NCBI GenBank assembly: GCA_964370545.1
Contig: CAYJJQ010000001.1
Span: 133,560-197,559 of the forward strand
Direction: 5' to 3'
From: an uncultured Muribaculaceae bacterium
GTDB taxonomy: Bacteria; Bacillota_I; Bacilli_A; RF39; UBA660
Length of the DNA: 64,000 nucleotides
The notes under the pieces were generated by a model, which worked only from the letters and a program-made list of their open reading frames with translations, had not been told where the DNA came from and ran no database searches. Positions 19,372 to 28,277 of this stretch are shown one piece after another. Both the position numbers and the translations under genes were made by a program. How positions within the stretch are numbered: position 1 is the first letter of the stretch; the number at the start of each line of letters is the position of its first letter.

Positions 19372-19435
19372 ACTCAACAATCTCGATTTTTGAGTTTTTT
19401 TATGGTATAATAATGTTTACATTGGAGGATTAAAC

Positions 19436-20017
19436 ATGTTAAAAAAAATCATGCTGTGTTGCTTTTTATTAATATTATTAACTGGTTGTTCTGATAAAGA
19501 GGAATCTCAAATAAATAATACAGAAATAACTGGTGGAGGTTATGCGCAGTTAATGCAATCAGTAGATGTGCTAGAATTATTTGAACCTGGAACAGAAGCA
19601 ACAGTTTTTGATATAGAAACTGGAGAAACTTACACTGTAAGAAGAGCAGTAGGAGGCTATGAAACTTTAGCTGATGTAGAAACTGTTTCTAGCGAAGATA
19701 CAGCAGCTTTAATTTCTACTGCAGGTGGAGATTGGAATGTTAAAAGAAGAGCAGTAATAGTAACTATTGGGGATGTTCATATAGCTGCATCTATTGCGCC
19801 ATTACCTCATTCAGGAAGTGAAGATGTTCCATATGGAGAATATGTTGATCTTAGAAATGGAGCAACAGGACCAGGGATTAATCTTGATAGTATTAGAGAT
19901 AATGATTTAATAGGCGTAGTGGATATATATTTTTATAATAGTTTAATTCCAGTTGTAGCAAGAATTGATGAACTTCATCAATCAATGGTGTTGAAGGCTT
20001 ATCAATATGAAAAATAA
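19436..20017 (+). CDS. lipoprotein of unknown function
   Basis: Lipobox LLTGC at residues 15-19. ggagg RBS. The mature domain is visibly richer in G+C than its neighbours. Confidence 0.7.
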   Translation: MLKKIMLCCFLLILLTGCSDKEESQINNTEITGGGYAQLMQSVDVLELFEPGTEATVFDIETGETYTVRRAVGGYETLADVETVSSEDTAALISTAGGDWNVKRRAVIVTIGDVHIAASIAPLPHSGSEDVPYGEYVDLRNGATGPGINLDSIRDNDLIGVVDIYFYNSLIPVVARIDELHQSMVLKAYQYEK

Positions 20018-21110
20018 AATAATATATATATTAATTAGTATAATTATTGTATTACCTATAAGTGTTAATGCATATTCAAACAATCTTAGTGAAGAATTTC
20101 AAAGTGAGTTATTTACAGCAGAAATATTAGAAATTTTAGGTCGTGAAAGTTATGAAAGTTCAATAATTCAAAGTTTAAAAATAGAAATATTAAACGGAGA
20201 ATATAAGGGAGACACTTTTGTTATAACTAATACTATCACTAATACAGAAAATGATATAAAGCTAGAGCCAGGAGATAAAATAAATGTAGTTAATTATGGT
20301 GATAATGAATTTTATTTTCATAGTTATGAAAAATCAAATTACTTATTATTATTAACAATAATTTTTGCATTACTAGTTATATTTATTGGTAAATTTAAGG
20401 GTTTAAAAGCGTTATTATCCCTTATTCTTACAATATTATTAATATTATTTGTTTTAGTTCCATTACTCCTTAAAGGGTATAATCCAATACCTTTATCTAT
20501 TTTAATTTGTATACTTGCTACAGTAATTACTTTTGGTATTACTAATGGTATAACTAAAAAATCGCTAATAGCATTAATTGGAGTAAGTGGAGGATTAATT
20601 GCAGCAGGAATAATCATTTATATTTTTACACATTTAATGAATTTAAGCGGTATGGCATCAGAAAGCGAGCAAATGCTACTTTATTTACCAGGTGATATTA
20701 CTTTTGACTTTAAAGGCTTATTATTTGCAGGTATTATAATAGGAGCGCTTGGTGCTTGCATGGATGTTGCCATGGAACTTACTTCTTCATTGTTTGAAAT
20801 TAAAGCTCATAAACCTAATATAGAGGATAAAGATTTAATGAAATCTGGTTTTAATATAGGTAAAGATATTATGGGAACCATGGTAAATACATTAATTCTT
20901 GCTTATACAGGAACCTCACTTCCAACAATTTTATTATTTGTTGGATTTGAAAAAAATTTTATAGAAATTATAAATTTAGAATCAATATCAATTGAAATAT
21001 TAAGAGCTATGTCTGGAAGTATAGGATTATTATTAACTATTCCCATTACTATTCTTATATTTATAGCGATATCTAAAATGAAGGTGAAAAATGAAAAAAA
21101 TACTAACTAA
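20007..21110 (+). CDS. YibE/F-family integral membrane protein
   Basis: Signal or anchor helix, an extracellular domain of about 100 aa, then multiple TM helices. GACMDVAMELTSSLFEI resembles the YibE/F family as I recall it. Confidence 0.65.
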   Translation: MKNKIIYILISIIIVLPISVNAYSNNLSEEFQSELFTAEILEILGRESYESSIIQSLKIEILNGEYKGDTFVITNTITNTENDIKLEPGDKINVVNYGDNEFYFHSYEKSNYLLLLTIIFALLVIFIGKFKGLKALLSLILTILLILFVLVPLLLKGYNPIPLSILICILATVITFGITNGITKKSLIALIGVSGGLIAAGIIIYIFTHLMNLSGMASESEQMLLYLPGDITFDFKGLLFAGIIIGALGACMDVAMELTSSLFEIKAHKPNIEDKDLMKSGFNIGKDIMGTMVNTLILAYTGTSLPTILLFVGFEKNFIEIINLESISIEILRAMSGSIGLLLTIPITILIFIAISKMKVKNEKNTN

Positions 21111-22062
21111 CATATTATTGTTATTATTAATATTATTGCCGTCAACTGTATTTGCGTGTCCACATTATGATGAAGATGGTAATATACATTTGCAAACATA
21201 TAATGATGATTATTCAATGATCAATATGCTTTATCCTAAAGATAAACATTTACATGTAAAAACAGTTAATTCTATAGATAAAGATTATTATATAATACCT
21301 GATTATGATGCACTTCAGTATGAAACATTTAGTTTTGCAATTATCCAAAATAATGAAACATATTATACTTATTATTGGTATGTAAATAATGACTTATTAC
21401 CAGAAGATGTTGATACTATAGAAAATACTGTTAAAAACTTGGAATATATGAATGTTACATCAAATGACTTTAATTTAAAAGTGTTCTTTACAAATACCTA
21501 TGGTGAGGGTAGTAAATTTAATAATGAATATACAAAAGAAATATATTATGATGTAATTATTGCAAACAAAATAGAAGATACTCAGTATACCGATATAATA
21601 GCTAATAAGAATATGACATTATACTCTGAAAAAATAGTTCAAATAGATGCTAGATTTAATATAATGGAAGTAAATGGATATGATTATTCTAATGAATTTG
21701 AAGAAATAATTTCTTTATATGACGAAGTGATAATAGAAATGGACATTACTTCAACAGAAGAAAGGTTAGTAGCTGTTAACTTAGATAAACCAATTACTGA
21801 AAATTCTTTTATAAATGTTACTAAAATAAGTGATACAAAATATAGTTATTCAGTTAATGAAGTAGGAACCTATGCTATAGTTAGTATTGATGAAGATAAT
21901 TTTATACCAGATGAAATAACAAATGTAAGTGTGGATGGTACAAGCGAAACTGAATTTGATGAATCAGGCACAGAAATACACTATATTATTGGTATTATAG
22001 TAGCTTTTATTATAACTATAATTGTAGTTAGCATAGTATCAAAGAAAAGTAAAAATAATTAG
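21091..22062 (+). CDS. hypothetical secreted protein with C-terminal transmembrane anchor
   Basis: N-terminal signal (LLLLLILLPSTVFAC) and C-terminal helix IIGIIVAFIITIIVVSIV followed by KKSKNN. Confidence 0.55.
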   Translation: MKKILTNILLLLLILLPSTVFACPHYDEDGNIHLQTYNDDYSMINMLYPKDKHLHVKTVNSIDKDYYIIPDYDALQYETFSFAIIQNNETYYTYYWYVNNDLLPEDVDTIENTVKNLEYMNVTSNDFNLKVFFTNTYGEGSKFNNEYTKEIYYDVIIANKIEDTQYTDIIANKNMTLYSEKIVQIDARFNIMEVNGYDYSNEFEEIISLYDEVIIEMDITSTEERLVAVNLDKPITENSFINVTKISDTKYSYSVNEVGTYAIVSIDEDNFIPDEITNVSVDGTSETEFDESGTEIHYIIGIIVAFIITIIVVSIVSKKSKNN

Positions 22063-22078
22063 CAAATAAGGAGATTAT

Positions 22079-22777
22079 ATGGAACAAGAAAATGTATCAA
22101 AAATTATTAAGCAAATAAGAGAAAAGCATAAATTAACTCAATCTCAATTTGCAAATAAATTAGGTGTGACATTTCAAGCTGTAAGTAAATGGGAAAATGA
22201 GAAAAATATACCCGATATAACAATATTAAATAAAATATCTAAAGAATTTGATATAGATATTAATGAAATATTAAATGGAACAAAAGCTGTAAAAAATAAT
22301 AATAAGAATAAATTAATATTTTTATTTATAGGTTTAATACTTTTATTAATTGTAGTAGCTATTACTTTCTGGCCGAATGACAAATTAGTTTTAAAACCAA
22401 TATCTACTAATGCGAGTGAATTTAGTGTTAGTGGCAGTATTGTTTATAACAATGATGTTGCAACAATATATGTTTCAGATATCGAATATGCAGGCGAAAA
22501 CAAAGATAAAATCTATAAAAGTATTAATTTTACCTTATATGAAGAATATGGAGATAAACTTGTTAAAATAAGCGAGAGAATAATTGAAAATGGTAATCAA
22601 AACTCATTTGAAGAAATAATAAGTGATATTCATTTTAATGTAGAAAACTATGCTGCAACATGTAAACAGTATGCGTGTAACGCCTTTTATATTAAAGTAA
22701 CGGCAAAAGATAATAATGATCAAATAAGCACCTTTGAAATACCGTTTGTATTTTTAGATGATTGTACATGTGAATAA
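22079..22777 (+). CDS. membrane-bound XRE-family HTH regulator (HTH - TM - extracytoplasmic domain)
   Basis: HTH_3 domain IIKQIREKHKLTQSQFANKLGVTFQAVSKWENEKNIPDITILNKISKEF. TM helix LIFLFIGLILLLIVVAITFW. A Cys-containing C-terminal domain follows. Confidence 0.8.
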   Translation: MEQENVSKIIKQIREKHKLTQSQFANKLGVTFQAVSKWENEKNIPDITILNKISKEFDIDINEILNGTKAVKNNNKNKLIFLFIGLILLLIVVAITFWPNDKLVLKPISTNASEFSVSGSIVYNNDVATIYVSDIEYAGENKDKIYKSINFTLYEEYGDKLVKISERIIENGNQNSFEEIISDIHFNVENYAATCKQYACNAFYIKVTAKDNNDQISTFEIPFVFLDDCTCE

Positions 22778-22862
22778 CTCAACTTATAGTTGAGTTATTT
22801 TCAACTAATAAGTTATTTATTTTTTTGTCAAAATAGTTAATAATTATTTTGAGGTGATAAGT

Positions 22863-24794
22863 ATGTTGGAAAACAAAAAAAAGTTAGGGTTATTATTAAT
22901 ATTATTAGTTATTATAACTATAAGTATTATAATGGTAGTTTATAATTATAATATTAAAAGAGTACCTGAAATTGAAAGTTTAATAGCTAAACAAGAAAAA
23001 ATAGAAGAGGAATTTGAAATTGAAGGGTATACAATTGATTCTCCAAATATTATTTTAGATCCATATGATAATTCTCCATTAACTGCATTAGTTATTTTTA
23101 AAACAGAAGAATCAGTTAGTCCAGTAGTTACAATAAAAGGTAAAGATGAGCACACTACATATACTCAAACATTTGATGCAAATACAGAACATTATTTACC
23201 AATATTAGGATTATATGCAGATACTGATAATGAGATAATTATAGAAATCGAAGGTAATGAAAAAACTATAAATATAAAAACGGAACCACTTCCAGATAAT
23301 TTTCTATTACCAGAAAAAGTGTATAGTGATAAGAGTAAATTAGATAATGAATTATATTTTGTAACTCCTGCTACATTTGGGTACACTAGTGCTTATGATG
23401 TTAATGGTGATGTAAGATGGTATTTAAGCAATTCACTAACTTGGAAAATTGATAGATTAGAAAATGGAAATTTTTTGCTAGGTACTGAACGTATAATAGA
23501 GGCACCATATTATAATACTGGATTATATGAAGTAGATATGTTAGGGAAAATATATGTAGAGTATAAACTTTCTGGTGGATATCATCATGATTATTATGAA
23601 CTTGATAATGGAGATTTATTAGTTCTATCTGATAATTTTGAACATGGAACAGTTGAAGATATTATAGTTCAGCTTGATAGAGAAACTGGAGAAATTGTTA
23701 AAACTATTGATTTAAAAGATATTTTGAAAATGAATGATGGTAAAAGTGAAGATTGGGTAAGTTATGATTGGTTTCACAATAATTCTCTTTGGTTTGATGA
23801 AGAAACAAATTCAATAACTTTATCTGGTAGACATCAAGATGCAGTTATCAATATAGATTATACAACTGGAGAATTAAACTGGATTATTGGAGATAAAACA
23901 AATTGGAGTGAAGAATATCATCAATACTTTTTTACACCCGTAGGAAATGATTTTGAATGGCAATGGAGCCAACATGCAGCAATGATTACTCCAGAAGGTG
24001 ATGTTTTAGTTCTTGATAATGGAAAAAACAAATCAAAAAATGAAGATGAATATGTAAGTGCAGAAGATAGTTATACAAGAGGGGTACATTATAAAATTGA
24101 TACAAATGATATGACTATAGAGCAAGTATGGCAATATGGAAAAGAAAGAGGGAGTGAATTTTATTCATCATATGTATCAGATATTGACTATATTGCTGAA
24201 GATCATTATTTAGTTAGTTCAGGAGGAATAGTATACGTAGACGGTGTTATTCAAAACTCGCCAGCAGGATTATTAGATGCAGATAAAATGGTATCAGATA
24301 CTGTTGAAATATTAAACAATAAAGTTATTTATGAATTAGTATTACCGATTAATACTTATAGAGCTGAAAAAATGCATTTATATGAAAATTATGAATTTAA
24401 ATTAAATGGATTTGATACTAGGGGAACACTTGGTGAAACAAAAGTAGATGACTCTGGAATTAAATTCATGTTTACTAATGATATCGATAATGAATATGAA
24501 AGTAGAAACATTAATATAACAAAAGAAAATGATAGATTAGTAGTTAAAGGAGAGTTTGTTGAAAAAGATGAAATAAAAGTGATTTTAAGTAAAAATTTTA
24601 TAGTTAAAGAATATGAAATTATTGTAAGTTCAAAGCCATACACTGCTATGTGTGTAGATATATTTACAGATAGTAATGAAAAATTAAATGCATATAAATA
24701 TATTAATGATGAAGGATTAAAGGGAACTTATAATATCTATATGGAGTTAAATGGAAAAATTTATAATATAAATCAAAAAGTTGATTTCAATTAA
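22863..24794 (+). CDS. arylsulfotransferase (ASST) family beta-propeller protein, membrane-anchored
   Basis: N-terminal TM helix. Blocks GGYHHDYYELDNGDLLVL, WFHNNSLWFDEETNSITLSGRHQDAVINIDYTTGELNWIIGD and WQWSQHAAMITPEGDVLVLDNG match my recollection of the ASST family. Confidence 0.7.
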   Translation: MLENKKKLGLLLILLVIITISIIMVVYNYNIKRVPEIESLIAKQEKIEEEFEIEGYTIDSPNIILDPYDNSPLTALVIFKTEESVSPVVTIKGKDEHTTYTQTFDANTEHYLPILGLYADTDNEIIIEIEGNEKTINIKTEPLPDNFLLPEKVYSDKSKLDNELYFVTPATFGYTSAYDVNGDVRWYLSNSLTWKIDRLENGNFLLGTERIIEAPYYNTGLYEVDMLGKIYVEYKLSGGYHHDYYELDNGDLLVLSDNFEHGTVEDIIVQLDRETGEIVKTIDLKDILKMNDGKSEDWVSYDWFHNNSLWFDEETNSITLSGRHQDAVINIDYTTGELNWIIGDKTNWSEEYHQYFFTPVGNDFEWQWSQHAAMITPEGDVLVLDNGKNKSKNEDEYVSAEDSYTRGVHYKIDTNDMTIEQVWQYGKERGSEFYSSYVSDIDYIAEDHYLVSSGGIVYVDGVIQNSPAGLLDADKMVSDTVEILNNKVIYELVLPINTYRAEKMHLYENYEFKLNGFDTRGTLGETKVDDSGIKFMFTNDIDNEYESRNINITKENDRLVVKGEFVEKDEIKVILSKNFIVKEYEIIVSSKPYTAMCVDIFTDSNEKLNAYKYINDEGLKGTYNIYMELNGKIYNINQKVDFN

Positions 24795-24811
24795 AGAAGT
24801 AAAATTAAAAT

Positions 24812-24839
24812 AAAACAGATTGAAAAAAATCTGTTTTTT
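24812..24839 (+). terminator. intrinsic terminator after the ASST gene
   Basis: aaaacagat-(8 nt)-atctgtttt plus a T-run. Confidence 0.7.
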
Positions 24840-24881
24840 ATTTAAATCATGGTATAATTTATTTGTAAGATGGAGGTAAAA

Positions 24882-25502
24882 ATGGAATTATTAGATATTT
24901 ATGATAAGGAAGGAATTCACATAGGTAGTGAGGATAGAAAAGTTGTACATGAAAAAGGTTTGTGGCATAAAACTGTTCACTGCTGGTTATATGATTCAAA
25001 AGGAAATATATTTTTCCAAAGAAGAACTGATAGAGGAACTTTATATACAACAGCATCAGGTCATCTAGCTTTAGGGGAAACTGTTAAAGAGGCTTTTGCT
25101 AGAGAAATAAATGAAGAACTAGGAACTGTTATTGATTGTGAAAATAGTGAGTTTGGATATATAGTTAATTATGAAGGATCATTTGTTAAAAATGATGGAT
25201 CAGTATTTCTTGATAAAGCTTTTGCTAATATATATTTTTATAGATATGATGAAACTAATTATAATTTTCATTATGATGAAAGTGAAATACTTGAATTAGT
25301 AAAGGTTAATGCTAAAGAGACTTTAGAGTTATTTAGAAATGGTACTGGTAAAGTTCAAGGTGAAATTATAAAACTAGTTAATGGTGCTAATGAAGTAACT
25401 AATAGAGATATTGATATTGAAGAGTTTTTAGTAAATCCAGATGAAACGCTTTTAACAAAATATCAAGATGTTTTAGAAAAAGTTATATATTTTATTAGCT
25501 AA
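24882..25502 (+). CDS. NUDIX hydrolase
   Basis: Nudix box GHLALGETVKEAFAREINEELG. ATG at 24882 follows ggagg. Extended -10 TGGTATAAT at 24850-24858. Confidence 0.85.
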   Translation: MELLDIYDKEGIHIGSEDRKVVHEKGLWHKTVHCWLYDSKGNIFFQRRTDRGTLYTTASGHLALGETVKEAFAREINEELGTVIDCENSEFGYIVNYEGSFVKNDGSVFLDKAFANIYFYRYDETNYNFHYDESEILELVKVNAKETLELFRNGTGKVQGEIIKLVNGANEVTNRDIDIEEFLVNPDETLLTKYQDVLEKVIYFIS

Positions 25503-25546
25503 ATTAATTAAATATGATATAATAAATTTTATTAGGGAGGTTTAAC

Positions 25547-26296
25547 ATGAATAAATGTACATTTTATTTTGATAATAACAGAATAAGTGCTTATCCAGGA
25601 GAATACATAAAAAAGAAGTGGAATAAAATATATTCAAAAAGAGTTTCTCGAACGACATTTTTAGTTTTAGAAGAGGGGAAAAAAGAACTGATTTTAAAGC
25701 TTGAACAAATGATAGAATATATGATTAATAATATAAATTCTTCTAGGGTATTAATTATAAGTGGTCTTTCAAGAGCTAATATGGGAATGATTCTGTCTCT
25801 ATGTAATCAAAAAATGAGAATTTTAGAACAAAATAATAATGCACTAAAATCTGAAAATGATATAGCTTGGGAAAATCTTGCGGAAAATTTTAATTCCTTT
25901 AAAGACTTTGAAACTTTTATTTTTGAAAAACTAGCTACTTGCTATACATATGACAATGAAAATATGGGTGTGGAAAAATTAATTGACATTCTTAGTTACG
26001 ATGAATTAAAAAATCTTTTATATTTATCACAATTAAAACTAGAAAGACTTCATTTACTAGATAATTTACCTATTGATATTGAAAACTTAAACTCTGAAAA
26101 TGAGCTTGACTTTTATCTATGCAATTGTGATTATATAGATGATATAGATTTAAAAAAATATTTAGTAAAATTAGGAGTTGCAGATCCGGAAAAATCATAC
26201 TATGGACCGCAATTAATAGAAATGTTAAATATGTATTATATAGAAAATAATGCTAATCAAAGAAAATTACAAAAAGAAAAAGTTGATAGAGATTAA
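25547..26296 (+). CDS. hypothetical protein (module 1 of the tRNA-His-adjacent array)
   Basis: 249-aa ORF with gggagg RBS. TGATATAAT at 25515-25523. The stop codon sits in the loop of the repeated terminator hairpin. Confidence 0.6.
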   Translation: MNKCTFYFDNNRISAYPGEYIKKKWNKIYSKRVSRTTFLVLEEGKKELILKLEQMIEYMINNINSSRVLIISGLSRANMGMILSLCNQKMRILEQNNNALKSENDIAWENLAENFNSFKDFETFIFEKLATCYTYDNENMGVEKLIDILSYDELKNLLYLSQLKLERLHLLDNLPIDIENLNSENELDFYLCNCDYIDDIDLKKYLVKLGVADPEKSYYGPQLIEMLNMYYIENNANQRKLQKEKVDRD

Positions 26297-26368
26297 TCTA
26301 TCAACTTTATTTTTTATGGGGCAGTTTTAATTGAAGTTGCTAACTTCCTTTAAGTAGAGTATAACTCT
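26282..26368 (+). repeat. boundary repeat copy A (terminator hairpin + T-run + ATGGGGC + second hairpin)
   Basis: gttgataga-gattaa-tctatcaac, a T-run, then TGGGGC at 26317-26322. This is followed by AGTTTTAATTGAAGTTGCTAACTTCCTTTAAGTAGAGTATAACTCT, with hairpin GAAGTTgctAACTTC at 26333-26347. Confidence 0.85.
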
Positions 26369-26419
26369 AAAATTTGGAATTCACAATAGTTTTTGATATA
26401 ATTTAATAGAGGTGCAATT

Positions 26420-27265
26420 ATGGTGTATTTGAGAGAACTAGATTTATTAAGCGAACGTGAAGAGAGAGGGTGTATTGGTGCTGATACAAGAACAATTCAT
26501 AATAATAAATATCCACTCGACATATTTCCACCTAAACAAGTAAGTAATTTGAAATTTTCAGAAGTTACCATAATCTATGGAGGTAATGGTTCAGGAAAAT
26601 CAACATTACTTAATTTAATTGCAAGCGCTGTGAATTCAAATAAACATAACAATTTTGATAAAGGTGTATTTTTCAATAATTATGTTAGTAAAATTGACTA
26701 CAACTTAAATAAGAATAATTTGAATGAAATAAATATGATAACAAGTGATGATGTTTTCGAATATATGCTTAATATTAGAAGTCTTAATAGTGGAATTAGT
26801 ACAAGAAAAGAAGATTTAAAAAATGAATGGTTAAATAGTAAATATGGAGATTTCAAAAGTAATAATTTTGAATATGAAGAATTAAAAAAAATTGTTGATT
26901 CAAGAAAATTTACAATGTCAGAATATACAAGAAGAAGACTAGCAAATAATAATATACCAGAAAACTCAAATGGAGAATCAGCTTTAATGTACTGGCAAAA
27001 AGAGATAAAGGAAAATGGAATATATATTTTGGATGAACCTGAAAACAGTTTGTCGGCAGAAAATCAAATAAAATTAAAAGAGTACTTAGAAGAATCAGCA
27101 AGATTTTATAATTGTCAAATTATATTGGCAACACATTCACCATTTTTATTAAGTATTAAAGATGCACTTATTTATGATTTAGACAGTATACCAGTTACAA
27201 CTAAAGATTGGAAAGAATTGCATAACGTTAAATTGTATTTCGAATTTTTTGAAGCAAATAAATAA
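26420..27265 (+). CDS. ABC/SMC-type P-loop ATPase (small AAA_21-like predicted ATPase) (module 2)
   Basis: Walker A IIYGGNGSGKSTLLNLI. Signature-like SNGESALMY. Walker B IYILDEPENSL. H-loop ILATHSPFLL. TGATATAAT at 26394-26402. Confidence 0.8.
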   Translation: MVYLRELDLLSEREERGCIGADTRTIHNNKYPLDIFPPKQVSNLKFSEVTIIYGGNGSGKSTLLNLIASAVNSNKHNNFDKGVFFNNYVSKIDYNLNKNNLNEINMITSDDVFEYMLNIRSLNSGISTRKEDLKNEWLNSKYGDFKSNNFEYEELKKIVDSRKFTMSEYTRRRLANNNIPENSNGESALMYWQKEIKENGIYILDEPENSLSAENQIKLKEYLEESARFYNCQIILATHSPFLLSIKDALIYDLDSIPVTTKDWKELHNVKLYFEFFEANK

Positions 27266-27268
27266 AAA

Positions 27269-27357
27269 GTAGATAGAAATTAATCTATCAACTTTATTTT
27301 TATAATGGGGCAGTTATAGTTGAAGTTGCTAACTTCCTTTAAATAAAGTATAACTCT
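27269..27357 (+). repeat. boundary repeat copy B
   Basis: gtagataga-aattaa-tctatcaac, a T-run, then TGGGGC at 27306-27311. This is followed by AGTTATAGTTGAAGTTGCTAACTTCCTTTAAATAAAGTATAACTCT. Near-identical to copy A. Confidence 0.85.
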
Positions 27358-27411
27358 TATATTTTGTTAAATCAAGTATATATGATATAATAATCTTTAT
27401 TAAGGAGAATT

Positions 27412-28137
27412 ATGATGTCAAAATTGCAAAGTATAAATATATATAGTGATGAGTTTGCTTGGTATATAAAAGAAAATATAGATATGATGGGAATGATTCA
27501 TGCAACATTGTTAAAAAAAGATGAAACAGTAATAATTAGAACAAGTCCACATAATAATATATATTTAGACACATGTGTATTTCACAACCATTATAAGGAT
27601 GGTAAATCGAGGTTTTATATTGATTTAGAAAAGAAATATTATACATGTTATGGTTGTAATCAAGCGGGAAATATAATTACTTTAGTGTCAGAAATTTATG
27701 GTATTTCCAGAGATCAAACTATAGAAGTGTTGGCGGTGTTATTACAGATCTTTAATGAAAAAATATTAAATGAGCATCAGGTCAGAATATTAAATGAAAT
27801 CAAACTAGAATATGTAAAAAAAGATGAAGACTATTTAAAAATGTGTTCTGAAAAACTTAATTATTTTAAAATGAGAATATATAGTTTAATAAAATTTTAT
27901 ATTGATAACAATAAAAAAATTGATGAATCTAGGATTGCAAACAGGTTATCTATCAGTATATCAATAGTTAATTTAGCTATTAATGAGTTAATAAAAAATG
28001 ATGAATGCGAAATAGCTCCAAAGAAATATATAGAAGAGATGAATTTCAGGAATTTTTTAAATGGAGAAGGATATCAAAGAGTTAAAAAAAATAACATCGA
28101 TTATGAATATGAAAATTATGATGACTTACCATTTTAA
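27412..28137 (+). CDS. CHC2 (DnaG-type) zinc-finger protein without a TOPRIM/primase catalytic domain (module 3)
   Basis: CVFHNHYKDGKSRFYIDLEKKYYTCYGCNQAGNIITLV fits the C-x2-H-x(17-20)-C-x2-C primase zinc-finger pattern. The remaining roughly 150 aa are helical with no TOPRIM motifs. TGATATAAT at 27383-27391. Confidence 0.7.
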   Translation: MMSKLQSINIYSDEFAWYIKENIDMMGMIHATLLKKDETVIIRTSPHNNIYLDTCVFHNHYKDGKSRFYIDLEKKYYTCYGCNQAGNIITLVSEIYGISRDQTIEVLAVLLQIFNEKILNEHQVRILNEIKLEYVKKDEDYLKMCSEKLNYFKMRIYSLIKFYIDNNKKIDESRIANRLSISISIVNLAINELIKNDECEIAPKKYIEEMNFRNFLNGEGYQRVKKNNIDYEYENYDDLPF

Positions 28138-28150
28138 TATAATTAAAAAA

Positions 28151-28194
28151 GTTGATAGAAATTAATCTATCAACTTTTATTTTTCTAATGGGGC
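28151..28194 (+). repeat. boundary repeat copy C (left half only), merging into the tRNA-His 3' end
   Basis: gttgataga-aattaa-tctatcaac, a T-run, then TAATGGGGC. TGGGGC (28189-28194) is the complement of the tRNA-His 3' terminal GCCCCA. Confidence 0.85.
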
Positions 28195-28265
28195 GATCTA
28201 CGGGAATCGAACCCGCGAATACCAGAGCCACAATCTGGCGTGTTAACCACTTCACCAAGACCGCC
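28189..28265 (-). tRNA. tRNA-His (GUG) with encoded G-1 and CCA
   Basis: 77 nt, GGCGGTCTTGGTGAAGTGGTTAACACGCCAGATTGTGGCTCTGG... Anticodon loop UUGUGGC. G-1 lies opposite C73. Confidence 0.9.
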
Positions 28266-28277
28266 ATAACACTTTAA

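Noticed and set aside
26282-27357. Reading the shared repeat (minus strand) as a degenerate tRNA or tRNA 3'-half pseudogene
   Set aside because: Only the terminal GCCCCA matches tRNA-His. I can draw a 6-bp outer stem (AGTTAT/ATAACT) and the inner GAAGTT/AACTTC hairpin. There is no T-loop (TTCGA/TTCAA) consensus and no proper 7-bp acceptor stem, so a tRNA-derived origin is not supported.
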